From an uncultured Methanosarcinales archaeon (GTDB lineage Archaea; Nanobdellota; Nanobdellia; Woesearchaeales; CAZYIM01): DNA of 64,000 nucleotides. This document shows, piece after piece, positions 29,432-39,253 of the stretch; the stretch's first letter is position 1, and each line of letters begins with the position of its first letter. Under the pieces are notes generated by a model. It was not told the DNA's origin and made no database searches. It was given only the letters and a program-made list of their open reading frames with translations. Location: NCBI GenBank assembly GCA_964647565.1, contig CAZYIM010000006.1, forward strand, positions 1 to 64,000, written 5' to 3'. Made by a program: the position numbers and the translations under genes.

Positions 29432-31336
29432 TTACTTTTTATCTTCTTTTTTATCGTCCTTTTTATCTTCTTTCTTTTCTTCGAATTCTGCGTCGACAAC
29501 CTTTTCTTCTTCTTTCTCTGACTTCTTACCTTTTCCCTTTTCATCAGCTTTCTGTTGAGCTTGCTGTGCTTTTGCCTGCTCTGCAGCAGCCTTTTGGTAA
29601 AGCTCAGTTGAGAGTTTTTGCATCCTCTCGTTGATCTCATCCATCTTCTTCTTGATGGCTTCTGTATCTTTTTTCTCAGGTTCAAGAAGTTTTTTCACTT
29701 CTTCAATCTCTTTCTTGATGTCGTCAAGCTCCTTGGCATCGACCTTGCCTTCCATCTCCTTGAAGATATTGTTCGAAGTATGGACCAGAGTCTCTGCCTG
29801 GTTAATAACTTCAGCCTCGTCTTTTCGCTTCTTGTCTTCATCTGCATGAGCCTCTGCATCTTTCTTCATCTTCTCAACTTCATCTTCTGAGAGCTTGTTT
29901 GGTGCAGTTATTTTTATAGACTGTTCTTTGCCAGTTCCAAGATCCTTTGCAGAGACATGCATAATTCCGTTTGAATCAATATCAAATGTCACCTCAATTT
30001 GAGGTATGCCTCTTGGTGCAGGTGGGATTCCCACCAGATCGAATCGGCCTAATGACTTATTATCCTGTGCCATGCTTCGTTCACCTTGAAGTACATGTAT
30101 TGTTACAGCTGGCTGGTTGTCGGCTGCTGTACTGAATGTCTGGGATTTTTTAGTCGGGATGGTGGTGTTCCTCTCTATCAATTTAGTGCATACACCTCCC
30201 AATGTCTCTATTCCAAGACTCAAAGGTGTTACATCCAGCAAAAGGACGTCTTTTACATCACCTGCCAAGACTCCTCCCTGGATTGCTGCACCCATTGCAA
30301 CACATTCCATAGGATCAAGACCTCTTTCCGCAGGTTTGCCTATTGTATCTTCAACAAATTTTCTTACACTTGGCATCCTTGTTGGCCCACCTACCATGAT
30401 AACTTTATTGATATCACTGTTTGACATCTTGGCATCCTTGATAGATTGCATCAATGGATCCTTGCACTTCTGGATAATCGGGTAGACCAGCTCTTCAAGC
30501 TTAGATCTCTTGATCTTCATGACCAAGTGCTTTGGACCTGAACCATCTGCAGTTATATATGGCAAGTTGATCTCAGTCTCTAAAGTTGTAGAAAGCTCAA
30601 TCTTGGCTTTTTCAGCAGCTTCTTTTAGCCTCTGAATGGCAGTAGTATCTTTGCTAATGTCAACACCCTGTTCTTTTTTGAACTCTTCAACAATGAAATC
30701 TACAATGGTCTGATCCATGTCAGTACCACCTAGCTTGGTATCTCCTGATGTTGACTTTACTTCAAAGACTCCATCTCCAAACTCCATCACTGTAACATCC
30801 AAGGTTCCGCCTCCAAAGTCAAAGACCAAGATCTTCTGTTCTTTGGCATCTTTGTCCAAGCCGAATGCTAGGGCTGCAGCTGTAGGCTCGTTTATAATTC
30901 GGATAACTTCTAGGCCTGCAATGGTTCCTGCATCTTTGGTTGCCTGCCGCTGGTTGTCATCAAAATAAGCAGGCACTGTAATGACTGCTTTTTCAACCTT
31001 GTCTCCTAAAAATTCTTCTGCATCCTTCTTTATCTTTTGAAGGATAAAAGCAGATATTTGTTGTGGAGTGTATTCCTTACCATCTACTTTATATTTATCA
31101 CTGGTGCCCATCTTTCGTTTGGCAGCGGTGATTGTACCTTCAGGATTGCTTACAGCCTGCCTCTTTGCAGGCTCTCCTACCAACATCTGACCTTTTGAAA
31201 AGGCCACTACTGATGGAAATGCTTTTCCGTATTGACTTGCTCCTTCAGCGCTGGGTATGATCTTAGGCTTTCCAGCCTCTAATACAGCAGCAGCCGAGTT
31301 GCTTGTTCCTAAATCTATTCCAATAATCTTAGACAT
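29432..31336 (-). CDS. dnaK: Chaperone DnaK (Hsp70)
   Basis: [19 protein letters not shown] and DFGGGTLD motifs. Confidence 0.99.
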   Translation of the reverse strand: MSKIIGIDLGTSNSAAAVLEAGKPKIIPSAEGASQYGKAFPSVVAFSKGQMLVGEPAKRQAVSNPEGTITAAKRKMGTSDKYKVDGKEYTPQQISAFILQKIKKDAEEFLGDKVEKAVITVPAYFDDNQRQATKDAGTIAGLEVIRIINEPTAAALAFGLDKDAKEQKILVFDFGGGTLDVTVMEFGDGVFEVKSTSGDTKLGGTDMDQTIVDFIVEEFKKEQGVDISKDTTAIQRLKEAAEKAKIELSTTLETEINLPYITADGSGPKHLVMKIKRSKLEELVYPIIQKCKDPLMQSIKDAKMSNSDINKVIMVGGPTRMPSVRKFVEDTIGKPAERGLDPMECVAMGAAIQGGVLAGDVKDVLLLDVTPLSLGIETLGGVCTKLIERNTTIPTKKSQTFSTAADNQPAVTIHVLQGERSMAQDNKSLGRFDLVGIPPAPRGIPQIEVTFDIDSNGIMHVSAKDLGTGKEQSIKITAPNKLSEDEVEKMKKDAEAHADEDKKRKDEAEVINQAETLVHTSNNIFKEMEGKVDAKELDDIKKEIEEVKKLLEPEKKDTEAIKKKMDEINERMQKLSTELYQKAAAEQAKAQQAQQKADEKGKGKKSEKEEEKVVDAEFEEKKEDKKDDKKEDKK

Positions 31337-31673
31337 TTTTACCTCCTGACTCGTCTGAGTCTTGTTTTTTTGTTAATGCTAATTTTCTCAACTCTTTAAC
31401 CCTATCATGAGTGAGTATGATTTTTTCTTTTCCAGGCATAAGCTTGATTTTTTCAAACAATTTAACCAGTTTGGTCCTGTTGAACTCATCTTTATCTTCA
31501 ATCGAACCTAGCGCCTGATATATCTGGGTGTCTGTGGAAACAATATCCGGTCCAGATCCCTGATATATTAACAGATTGTTCAGTGTCTCGTCCTCGGTTA
31601 TAAAGAATCTAAGGATGTTCTCAGCATTCAGGAATATCCTTTTTCTTGGTTGAGTCGGTTTTGGTTGGTTCAT
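31329..31673 (-). CDS. Degenerate PIN-like protein inside the grpE-dnaK operon
   Basis: [12 protein letters not shown] and [10 protein letters not shown] resemble the PIN pattern, with the acidic residues lost. Confidence 0.55.
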   Translation of the reverse strand: MNQPKPTQPRKRIFLNAENILRFFITEDETLNNLLIYQGSGPDIVSTDTQIYQALGSIEDKDEFNRTKLVKLFEKIKLMPGKEKIILTHDRVKELRKLALTKKQDSDESGGKNV

Positions 31674-32124
31674 TTTTTTTTGCTATTTTTACCTTCGAGT
31701 GTCTTATAACTCGATCCTTGAAGCAGTATCCTGACTGTAATTCTTCAAGGATAGTCTCCTCTTCTTTGTTTGATGGTTCTGTTAAAAGAACTTCATGAAA
31801 ATAGGGATCAAACTTCTTATGATCACACTCTATTTTCTTCAGGCCTTGCTTTTCAAGTAATGCCCTGAATTGTGCATATACTAGTTCCATACCTTTTATG
31901 AACTCTTCTGGCTTGGACTGGCTCTTGAAGGCTAGTTCAAAGCTGTCAAGAATAGGCAGGATTTGGCACATGAGTTCTGCCTGCGAAAAATCGCATAATT
32001 GGCTGTTCTGTTTTTCCTGTCTTTTCTTATAGTTCTCAAACTCAGCCTGCAGTCTTTGGAGCATATCTGTCAATTCGCCTATCTTCTGTTCTTTTTCTTC
32101 CAATGCTTTGTTTTTTTCTTTCAT
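31621..32124 (-). CDS. grpE: Nucleotide exchange factor GrpE
   Basis: RLQAEFENYKKR, FDPYFHE and GY...RVIR motifs. Confidence 0.96.
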   Translation of the reverse strand: MKEKNKALEEKEQKIGELTDMLQRLQAEFENYKKRQEKQNSQLCDFSQAELMCQILPILDSFELAFKSQSKPEEFIKGMELVYAQFRALLEKQGLKKIECDHKKFDPYFHEVLLTEPSNKEEETILEELQSGYCFKDRVIRHSKVKIAKKNEPTKTDSTKKKDIPEC

Positions 32125-32155
32125 TGTCTCACCTGTAATAATAAGAAAAAAAAAA

Positions 32156-32608
32156 TTAATCTATGTTGATCTTTGTTGCTTGGTTCTCTGGTTTAGCTTC
32201 TTTCTTGGCCATCTCTACCTTCAGGATGCCATCCTTGAATTCAGCTTTTGTGTTATCTGGCATGACTTCTGCAGGCAAAGGCATTCTTCTATAGAAGCTG
32301 TTTGTGCAGCTTTCGAAGCGGTAATATCCTTTCTTTTGATCTTCTTTTTCCACTTCAGACTTTTTTTCTACCTTGACCTCAATCTCAGTTTCAGTCACGT
32401 TCAGCTCAATATTTTCTTTTTGAACTCCAGGCAGCTCAAAGCTTGCTATAACTGCTGTTTCAGTCTCGTAGATGTCTGTTACAGCACGTCTGCAACACTT
32501 GCCATTCTGGGGACGTCTTACTGGTATTGCGCCACCTCTCATTGTTTCGTCAACCATATTCCAAATACCCTCGGGTATTCTTCCAAGTTCCCATACTGAG
32601 TCACTCAT
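32156..32608 (-). CDS. hsp20: Small heat-shock protein (Hsp20)
   Basis: ELPGV.KE.I, FYRRMPLP and AEFKDGILKV; GGGGTGA SD before the ATG at 32608. Confidence 0.93.
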   Translation of the reverse strand: MSDSVWELGRIPEGIWNMVDETMRGGAIPVRRPQNGKCCRRAVTDIYETETAVIASFELPGVQKENIELNVTETEIEVKVEKKSEVEKEDQKKGYYRFESCTNSFYRRMPLPAEVMPDNTKAEFKDGILKVEMAKKEAKPENQATKINID

Positions 32609-32736
32609 ATCAATCACCCCCGAAGCTTTTCTCGTCGAAAACTCCAGTGTTGTTTTGTGTATATTTTTCGTCGACTTTAAGTCAACAAAGAAGGGGTAGA
32701 ATGTACTTATTTATAAATATTTCGGTTGGCGGAGCT

Positions 32737-32788
32737 TTGTGTAGAAACTAATTATGTTTTTACACAAGATGAGAACGTTTTTACACAG
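32737..32788. repeat. TTTTTACACA cluster (left): 12-7-12 inverted repeat plus one direct copy
   Basis: TTGTGTAGAAAC-TAATTAT-GTTTTTACACAA, then GTTTTTACACAG 21 bp further on. Confidence 0.8.
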
Positions 32789-32791
32789 GAT

Positions 32792-33460
32792 TCATTTGTT
32801 ATAAAGAGAAAATCGTTTGAAGGTTGGGCAGAATGTGTTGCCTCCTTGGATGACAGAAAATTCAGTTTTCTTGACAACACCTAAAATATGTTTCAGCGAG
32901 TGTGCATAAAGTGTTACGCCAAGATACTGCTTTGAAATAAATAATCGTATCCTGTCAATGATTCTTCCCCAGAACGAGCTACTGGCAAAAGCGCGTAAAG
33001 TAATTATCCCATCTATTTTTAATATTCGTTTCCATTCCTTAAAAAGAAGATAGATATCCTCCTTAGAAAAATATTCTAGGAGTCCATCTGTCTCTAAATA
33101 ATCTATAGAATTATCCTCAATTTGAGTTGCTTTTGCATCAGATAGAATATACCTTATTTTCGCATTCAGGAATTTCTCAGAGAGTACTTCCTTGCTCTTC
33201 TCTAGCTGTGTCAATGAAACATCCAATATCCTAACTTCTGCGTTAGGATTTTTAGAAAATACGAATTTTACAAACTCCTGCGAAGTAACGTCTCCACTTG
33301 TACCACATAATAAAGCTGTAAAATCTTTTTTCGAAAAATTAAAATCATGAGATACTTTCTTCAAATCCTCAATACACTTTTTATAGGCCCAACGTAAATA
33401 TATCTTCCAAAAAAGATTATGACTTACAATCTTAAAACGAGAATAATATTTTTCATGCAC
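32792..33460 (-). CDS. Class I SAM-dependent methyltransferase
   Basis: LLCGTSG, ILDVS, SDA..IEDNSIDY and WKRILKIDG motifs. Confidence 0.85.
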   Translation of the reverse strand: MHEKYYSRFKIVSHNLFWKIYLRWAYKKCIEDLKKVSHDFNFSKKDFTALLCGTSGDVTSQEFVKFVFSKNPNAEVRILDVSLTQLEKSKEVLSEKFLNAKIRYILSDAKATQIEDNSIDYLETDGLLEYFSKEDIYLLFKEWKRILKIDGIITLRAFASSSFWGRIIDRIRLFISKQYLGVTLYAHSLKHILGVVKKTEFSVIQGGNTFCPTFKRFSLYNK

Positions 33461-33499
33461 GAGTACTTTTTACGATACCATCTATATAAATTATGTGTT

Positions 33500-33564
33500 T
33501 CGGTATTTTTACACAGAATCCTTTCTTTTTACACAGAACCCAGTTTTTACACAAAGTCGGTATT
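33500..33564. repeat. TTTTTACACA cluster (right): three direct copies
   Basis: Copies at 33506, 33526 and 33544, bracketed by TCGGTATT at 33500 and 33557. Confidence 0.8.
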
Positions 33565-33600
33565 GAGCACAGTTTCATACTAACAACACATATCCTAAAA

Positions 33601-34005
33601 TCAAATCACAGAGGCTAAAACCGCAGAAATAAAACCTACCACTGGCAACTGCAACAGGGGCGAAACACCAACACCCAAGATCAAAGGCATCTTGTCTGTA
33701 TATTCCCAGAATTCAAAGCTAAGAGCATCTTTCTCATAGATGTATGCAAAACCAAGACATAATACCAGGAACAGTATGATGCTGCCTGCCTGTTCAAGAA
33801 TCATCTCGTTGCCGAATGCAAATATGGATATCACTGCAAAGACAACAATCCAGGCTCCGTCAGACAAGGCTGCCAACAATATCCTGTTGATTTTCTTTTT
33901 CTTTGAAAGCCTATTGCAGGTTATATAAAGAGGTGAATGCAACCATTCCCAGATGAAATTAAGAAAAAAAGCTATTATGAACATTTTGATCAGTAAAATA
34001 AACAT
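33601..34005 (-). CDS. Hypothetical membrane protein
   Basis: LNFIWE..HSPLY and W.Y...MP...GVG.SPLLQ; about 4 TM helices. Confidence 0.75.
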   Translation of the reverse strand: MFILLIKMFIIAFFLNFIWEWLHSPLYITCNRLSKKKKINRILLAALSDGAWIVVFAVISIFAFGNEMILEQAGSIILFLVLCLGFAYIYEKDALSFEFWEYTDKMPLILGVGVSPLLQLPVVGFISAVLASVI

Positions 34006-34128
34006 ATTTATTCAAAAGAACTCATCTTTTTATATTTTGTGCGTTCATCAACCACACAAAATATGCCTAATAAACCGAAACATTTATATACTAATATTAC
34101 AAATTTACTACTTATAAGTCATAAAAAG

Positions 34129-34881
34129 GTGATAATAATAGCCGAACTCAATCCAAATAAAGTTTATGCAAATGATGTCATGATGGAAGACAGCGATGTT
34201 GTTACAAAAAGTGAAGGGAGATTTTTAAAATTCCCAACTTTAAGAGAATTCATAGGGAACTATGGAACTCCAAGATTGGTACATGGTAAGGTTGTCAAAG
34301 GATTCTATGGAGGCACCGTAGAAACACTGGCAAATCTAAAAAAACTCCACCAATTATACAACACAGCAATATCTAACCACATGAGTGTTGTTCCTAGTAT
34401 CCCAATTATCGACGGCCAATTCTTCCACATAGAACAAGTGTTTGAACAAGGAAAAACGTTTCAAACCATGTTATTAGATCCAACAGTATCAAGCAAAAAA
34501 AAGGAAGAAGCCTTTGAAATCATCCTCGATAATTCGTTAAGATTAGTCACCCAATCTGACGAGAAGATCGGTATTGATTGCAAGCCAGAAAATTTTATCC
34601 AAAAAGAGGATGGATCATGGTATCTACTCGACACATTTCCACCCATCATTAAAAATAAGGATAATTTGTTAGGACAGGTATTTACAAGGTCCTTTGAGTC
34701 ACAATCAGTAAAGAAATTTGAAAAATCATTCTATAGCGATCCAATAAAGATTTCTAGGCGTTTATGGTTAAAATCACAAGAATTTGATCCTAAACCTGAT
34801 TTTGGAGCATGTGCCATCTCAATTTTAGAAAAATATCATCCTCCAGGGGCAAAGGTATTGGTAAGATTCTATAATAATTAA
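34129..34881 (+). CDS. Protein-kinase-like fold protein (start uncertain)
   Basis: Catalytic loop IDCKPENF and LLDTF; AGGTGAT SD near 34127. Confidence 0.65.
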   Translation: MIIIAELNPNKVYANDVMMEDSDVVTKSEGRFLKFPTLREFIGNYGTPRLVHGKVVKGFYGGTVETLANLKKLHQLYNTAISNHMSVVPSIPIIDGQFFHIEQVFEQGKTFQTMLLDPTVSSKKKEEAFEIILDNSLRLVTQSDEKIGIDCKPENFIQKEDGSWYLLDTFPPIIKNKDNLLGQVFTRSFESQSVKKFEKSFYSDPIKISRRLWLKSQEFDPKPDFGACAISILEKYHPPGAKVLVRFYNN

Positions 34882-34882
34882 A

Positions 34883-35770
34883 ATGGCCCAACCACAAGTT
34901 ACTCGAAGAATTGAGGCTAGAGAGATGCTTTTAGAATGTCATAATAAGATATTGTTAAACATCTACGGATTGCCAGAAGGAAAACTTCATTTTGACGATG
35001 CAATTATAAATGTACTATTTAATGGAAAGCCTGTAGAAAAATTACTTGTCCCCAATTTTCTAGATGATCAAAGAAGAGAAACAATAGTAGAAAAAATTTC
35101 GCAATCTAGAGAAAATGCGGAAAATTCAATAAACACACCATCAGGTAATAAAACAGATAAATTAAACAGGCATTTAGATTATGAGATGTTTATCATTGAC
35201 AAACTAGTTGATTTATCAATTGTCCCTTCAGACATCCAGATGCCACCCTCAGGAAAAACATTCTACAAGCAATTTATCATGTACAGCCTAATGAATCAAG
35301 GTTTTCAGCTAACCAAGTACGAACCTTATCATAAATCTGCACAATGGTTTTCACAATGGACAGATTCATGGTTTGTCAAGCACACCCTTGCCAGGTATGG
35401 AACCCTTCATATACTCGAAAACCACCAGAATGATTGGCAAAAGAAATTTAGTGAGAGCAACACGCCAAAACACAAGGACTTAGATGGCACATTCGAAGCG
35501 ATGAAAAATCTTAGGCGAGAAATGATAGAAACGCAATCCAAAGCAAGAAATGGATATAAAACCTTTATCCGTCAAAAACCTGAAATGACAGGATATGCAA
35601 GTCTTGTGGCATTGTCAATGGAATACAACGAGCATCTTCGCTTGGTAAGAGGGCCTGCAGTTTATAACTTTATCAGACAATGTGAAAAAGAAAGGCTCGA
35701 ACCTTTAACAGAATGCAGAAGAATTCTTGCTCAAAGGAGAGAATCTCTCCAGCAAACAATTATAAATTAA
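34883..35770 (+). CDS. Hypothetical helical protein in an operon with the kinase-like gene
   Basis: 295 aa; starts 1 nt after the kinase stop. Confidence 0.75.
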   Translation: MAQPQVTRRIEAREMLLECHNKILLNIYGLPEGKLHFDDAIINVLFNGKPVEKLLVPNFLDDQRRETIVEKISQSRENAENSINTPSGNKTDKLNRHLDYEMFIIDKLVDLSIVPSDIQMPPSGKTFYKQFIMYSLMNQGFQLTKYEPYHKSAQWFSQWTDSWFVKHTLARYGTLHILENHQNDWQKKFSESNTPKHKDLDGTFEAMKNLRREMIETQSKARNGYKTFIRQKPEMTGYASLVALSMEYNEHLRLVRGPAVYNFIRQCEKERLEPLTECRRILAQRRESLQQTIIN

Positions 35771-35789
35771 ACCTCATTACCTTTATCTG

Positions 35790-36326
35790 ATGGTCAGCCT
35801 TAAAGCTATACGGACTATAGGCGTCACTTTATCTATCAGTGTTTTGCTCTCATATTCTGTGTATTGGGGTATTATTGAACCTCGCAATGACAAGATAGAC
35901 ACTATTATCCAGACAACTGGTATGAGTAAGCATATGGTGGAAAGCTATCGTGATGTTGGTGTTGATTATGATCTCATCTCTGCGTTTTATATCAGAGAGA
36001 TCGACCCCGATCTATGGTATGATCTACAGCAAGACAGCACTGCTACAAAAGACGACCAATATCGAGTGGCTGATAACAACATATTCTATGGAAATGACTA
36101 TGTTAAATGGGCAGAGGGTGGTTTTAATGTTGAAACAAGCTGCAATTTTGCAGATTATGGAATAAATAATCTTGAAGATGCAATAGCCATCAAGAAGAGG
36201 ATAGGCATTCCTGATCTTTCTAAGTTAATCCAGAACAGGATTTCGGCAGACGAATCAATCCCCCTTATGCTTGAAGGAAAGAGTGTTGACACTATTGTTA
36301 CAGAATATCTAAAACAGAAAAAATAA
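35790..36326 (+). CDS. Hypothetical membrane-anchored protein
   Basis: N-terminal TM helix; 178 aa. Confidence 0.7.
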   Translation: MVSLKAIRTIGVTLSISVLLSYSVYWGIIEPRNDKIDTIIQTTGMSKHMVESYRDVGVDYDLISAFYIREIDPDLWYDLQQDSTATKDDQYRVADNNIFYGNDYVKWAEGGFNVETSCNFADYGINNLEDAIAIKKRIGIPDLSKLIQNRISADESIPLMLEGKSVDTIVTEYLKQKK

Positions 36327-36328
36327 CA

Positions 36329-37063
36329 TCATTCCTTAGTCGGGAAATCATATGTTCCATGTCTAAAGTTGACATCTTTGGCAATGAAGTTGTGCATGCC
36401 GAGAGGTGGAATGTCTCCATCAACTTTAATCCCTTCTTGCTTATCAATCTTGACAAATTTATTATCGTCAAGGATAGCATCCAGATACATTGTATCGATG
36501 AATGTGCCTCTTGCAGCTGCACGAAGCTGTTCTGCTTTTTGAATCGTGTGCTGATAGATAGCTGTTGGTTCATCAAGCTTTTCAACATCATCCATTATCA
36601 TAAAGGACTTTGCTATCTGGTAGAACTCCACAAGCTTATCATCACCTTCTAATTCCCTCGGTGGTTTTGAAGCCATATTCTTTTTAACTGTCTGGACAAA
36701 GTTATCCGCCATTTTCCCATAGAACTGGTTTTTAGATTCTTCTAAACTCTGGGAATATGCCATTGCTGTTGCATCGAACATATTCTGGAACATTCCTGAA
36801 GTAGTTTTTAATGTTTTCATAAAAGCATGCATTGTTGATTCGAAAATCCTTTTCTGCTTATCAATATCGCCATTTTCCTTAGCTGAATCCACCATCAAGT
36901 TAATCCTTCTTTCAAATGCTTCATATCGCTTTGTCAAACTTTTCATCGACGCTTCAACCTCAGGAAACTGCATAGCGGGCATTGAAGAAAAAATCACACA
37001 TTCATTGTACATCTGACGGGTGCCTTCAAGGGCTTTATTCACTTGTTCAATATTAGGTTCCAT
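36329..37063 (-). CDS. Hypothetical protein
   Basis: 244-aa ORF with a TATA box upstream. Confidence 0.7.
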   Translation of the reverse strand: MEPNIEQVNKALEGTRQMYNECVIFSSMPAMQFPEVEASMKSLTKRYEAFERRINLMVDSAKENGDIDKQKRIFESTMHAFMKTLKTTSGMFQNMFDATAMAYSQSLEESKNQFYGKMADNFVQTVKKNMASKPPRELEGDDKLVEFYQIAKSFMIMDDVEKLDEPTAIYQHTIQKAEQLRAAARGTFIDTMYLDAILDDNKFVKIDKQEGIKVDGDIPPLGMHNFIAKDVNFRHGTYDFPTKE

Positions 37064-37116
37064 TTTATGGTGGTGAATCTTAGTTTAAATATAAAGTTTT
37101 CTAGAAAATAGAGAAT

Positions 37117-37371
37117 TCAGCTCTTCTTGTAAATGTTTTTCCTATGGCCGATCTGGATTATAAGTATAATAAGCCTCCCGTTATCCATATCCATAATTAT
37201 TCTATAATTTCCGATCCTAAGCTTATAACCAGGATCTCCGACCAGCTTAGTAATGAATGAATAAGGTCTTATCTTTATACGATTCAAAACAGCATATATC
37301 CTTTCTCTGACTGCTTTATCTAATTTCCTTAACTGCTTCGAAGCTTTTATCGAATAGATTATTTCATACAA
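37117..37371 (-). CDS. relE: RelE/ParE family toxin
   Basis: A.KQLRKLD..YKLRIGNYRII..IGHRKNIY. Confidence 0.92.
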   Translation of the reverse strand: MYEIIYSIKASKQLRKLDKAVRERIYAVLNRIKIRPYSFITKLVGDPGYKLRIGNYRIIMDMDNGRLIILIIQIGHRKNIYKKS

Positions 37372-37383
37372 ATTAATACACCA

Positions 37384-37602
37384 TCATAGACCTAGCTCTT
37401 TTTTAACTTGCTCATGAGTATAAACTTTACCTTGTGCTATTTCTTTTCGTGCTTCCTCTAATTCTTTCTTAGTCTCTTCAGAAAGTTCCATAGTATCCTC
37501 TATCAGATCCCAAATAACGTCCTCATAGCTTTCGTTATCAAATTGCTTTCTTTTGGCCAGCTCTTTTTGCAATGTTCTGCTTATCTGGATTGTAGTCACC
37601 AT
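37384..37602 (-). CDS. Ribbon-helix-helix antitoxin
   Basis: TTIQIS..ESYEDVI..EQVKKELGL; directly upstream of relE; CTATAG-TCTG-CTATAG palindrome upstream. Confidence 0.88.
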   Translation of the reverse strand: MVTTIQISRTLQKELAKRKQFDNESYEDVIWDLIEDTMELSEETKKELEEARKEIAQGKVYTHEQVKKELGL

Positions 37603-37744
37603 ACCAATCTATAGTCTGCTATAGTTTTAATAGTTTTCGGTGATATAATGCTAAAGTTCAGCTTAATAATGATTACTTAAGAAAAAACAGAAGATTTCCG
37701 AATCTGAGAAAAGCTTATATATTTAGCTGTATTCCCTTGTTAAA

Positions 37745-38152
37745 ATGACAATCAATCTTGATGATCTGATGAAAGAAGGAGCACTGCAAGTTGCCATAAA
37801 CTATGCAGTTATTCCGGGCGGTACAATTGACACAGACCAAATAGGTATTGATAGAGAGCACTTCAGGCCTGATGGAAATTCAGAAAGAGCACCTGAAAAA
37901 TGCCCATATAAAGAAGGGGATGAGGTTTATGCTTTCACCCCTACTCAAGCCTCTAACTTCAAATCCGAGATACTGAAGATTGCTAAGGTCTATAAAGTTA
38001 CAATCATCAACACGGGTGGAGAGGTGGAGATGCCTGATTTTAAGGCAGCCTTCAATCCTAAGGTAGCTGCGTTATATCATTCTGTAAATATCCAACAGCT
38101 CTTCATTGTCAAAAAAGATGATATGGACAGGGTCTTCAAATACAGTAAATAA
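37745..38152 (+). CDS. Hypothetical protein
   Basis: 135-aa ORF with a TATA box ~25 nt upstream. Confidence 0.7.
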   Translation: MTINLDDLMKEGALQVAINYAVIPGGTIDTDQIGIDREHFRPDGNSERAPEKCPYKEGDEVYAFTPTQASNFKSEILKIAKVYKVTIINTGGEVEMPDFKAAFNPKVAALYHSVNIQQLFIVKKDDMDRVFKYSK

Positions 38153-38201
38153 ATATTTTCTATTGACAAACTTTATATAATTAAAAGTCCCAGTTCTATT
38201 A

Positions 38202-38621
38202 ATGAAGAAATCTCTGTTGAAGATAGTGGGAATTACCGCTGTTGTAGGTTCTTGCTTATTATCTTCTGCTTCTGCATCTGATAAGAAACCAGGCGGTATA
38301 GTTGGAAATCCCATATCCAATAGAATAACTCTTCTAAAACCATTGACTCTAGCTGCTTATTATGAAAAACCTGCATTAGAGATACCAATCTTGAACTATC
38401 AAAGTCCAACAAGACCAGCAAAGAAAGGAGGTTTTTTATCAGATATTACAGAAAAGGTCGATGAATTAAAATCAGTCTTAGATTTTACACAATATCTGAA
38501 ATTCCCGCTCGGTGAATTCAGAAATAACACCTACTATATTCGATTTAAAGATATCACTTTCGAACCGCGTAAGAATAAATATTTCATCGGAGCTCAGATA
38601 TATTGGGCGCCCAAGAGATAG
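38202..38621 (+). CDS. Hypothetical exported protein
   Basis: Signal peptide; TATA box upstream. Confidence 0.7.
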   Translation: MKKSLLKIVGITAVVGSCLLSSASASDKKPGGIVGNPISNRITLLKPLTLAAYYEKPALEIPILNYQSPTRPAKKGGFLSDITEKVDELKSVLDFTQYLKFPLGEFRNNTYYIRFKDITFEPRKNKYFIGAQIYWAPKR

Positions 38622-38636
38622 GCTAGTTAATTTTAT

Positions 38637-39155
38637 CTAGGAATACTCCACACATGCTGCTGCAAGATCATGGAAGTTTTTCTTTTGCTTGCTAAGCATC
38701 AGTTTTATGGGTGTTTTGAGAAATACTGTTTCTGTCCTATTGGTTTTTGTAGCATCAATAACCTCTGACTGTTGTTGTATGAGATCTGCCATCTTCTGGA
38801 AATACGCTCCGTAATTTTCAAGGGACCCATAGACATCTTTAATAATCTCAGGCACTTTTCTTGAAAACTCTTCTCTCGAAATATCGTTAGCGAGCCTGGC
38901 CACCTCATACTCTTTGACAATCTCTTCTCCAATCTCATCAACAGGTAGAACCACACATTTAATATAGAGCTTTCTGCCTTTTTCCCAATCAACCTTGGAC
39001 CTAAGAAATTTAGGTCTTACCAGTTTTTTAGCCTCAGCAATGCCTGTATCAGCGTAGCCTTTGACATATTCCCTAAGATCGTCAACTGTCTGAATGTTCT
39101 CTTTAAAAGAAGGATTTGAGATAATTTTTCTTATTCTTGCTTCTAGGATATCCAT
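38637..39155 (-). CDS. Hypothetical protein
   Basis: AGGTGG SD; 172 aa. Confidence 0.7.
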   Translation of the reverse strand: MDILEARIRKIISNPSFKENIQTVDDLREYVKGYADTGIAEAKKLVRPKFLRSKVDWEKGRKLYIKCVVLPVDEIGEEIVKEYEVARLANDISREEFSRKVPEIIKDVYGSLENYGAYFQKMADLIQQQSEVIDATKTNRTETVFLKTPIKLMLSKQKKNFHDLAAACVEYS

Positions 39156-39253
39156 TTTACCACCTTGAACAGAAAGGAATGTAGATTTATTTATATAATT
39201 GTCTCATTTATGAATAAAAAAAGAAAAAAAATTAGTTCTTTAGGACAGCAGTC

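Noticed and set aside
31621..31681. 53-nt grpE overlap with the next gene
   Set aside because: One extra A in the A9 run gives a standard ATGA stop/start overlap; probably a homopolymer error.
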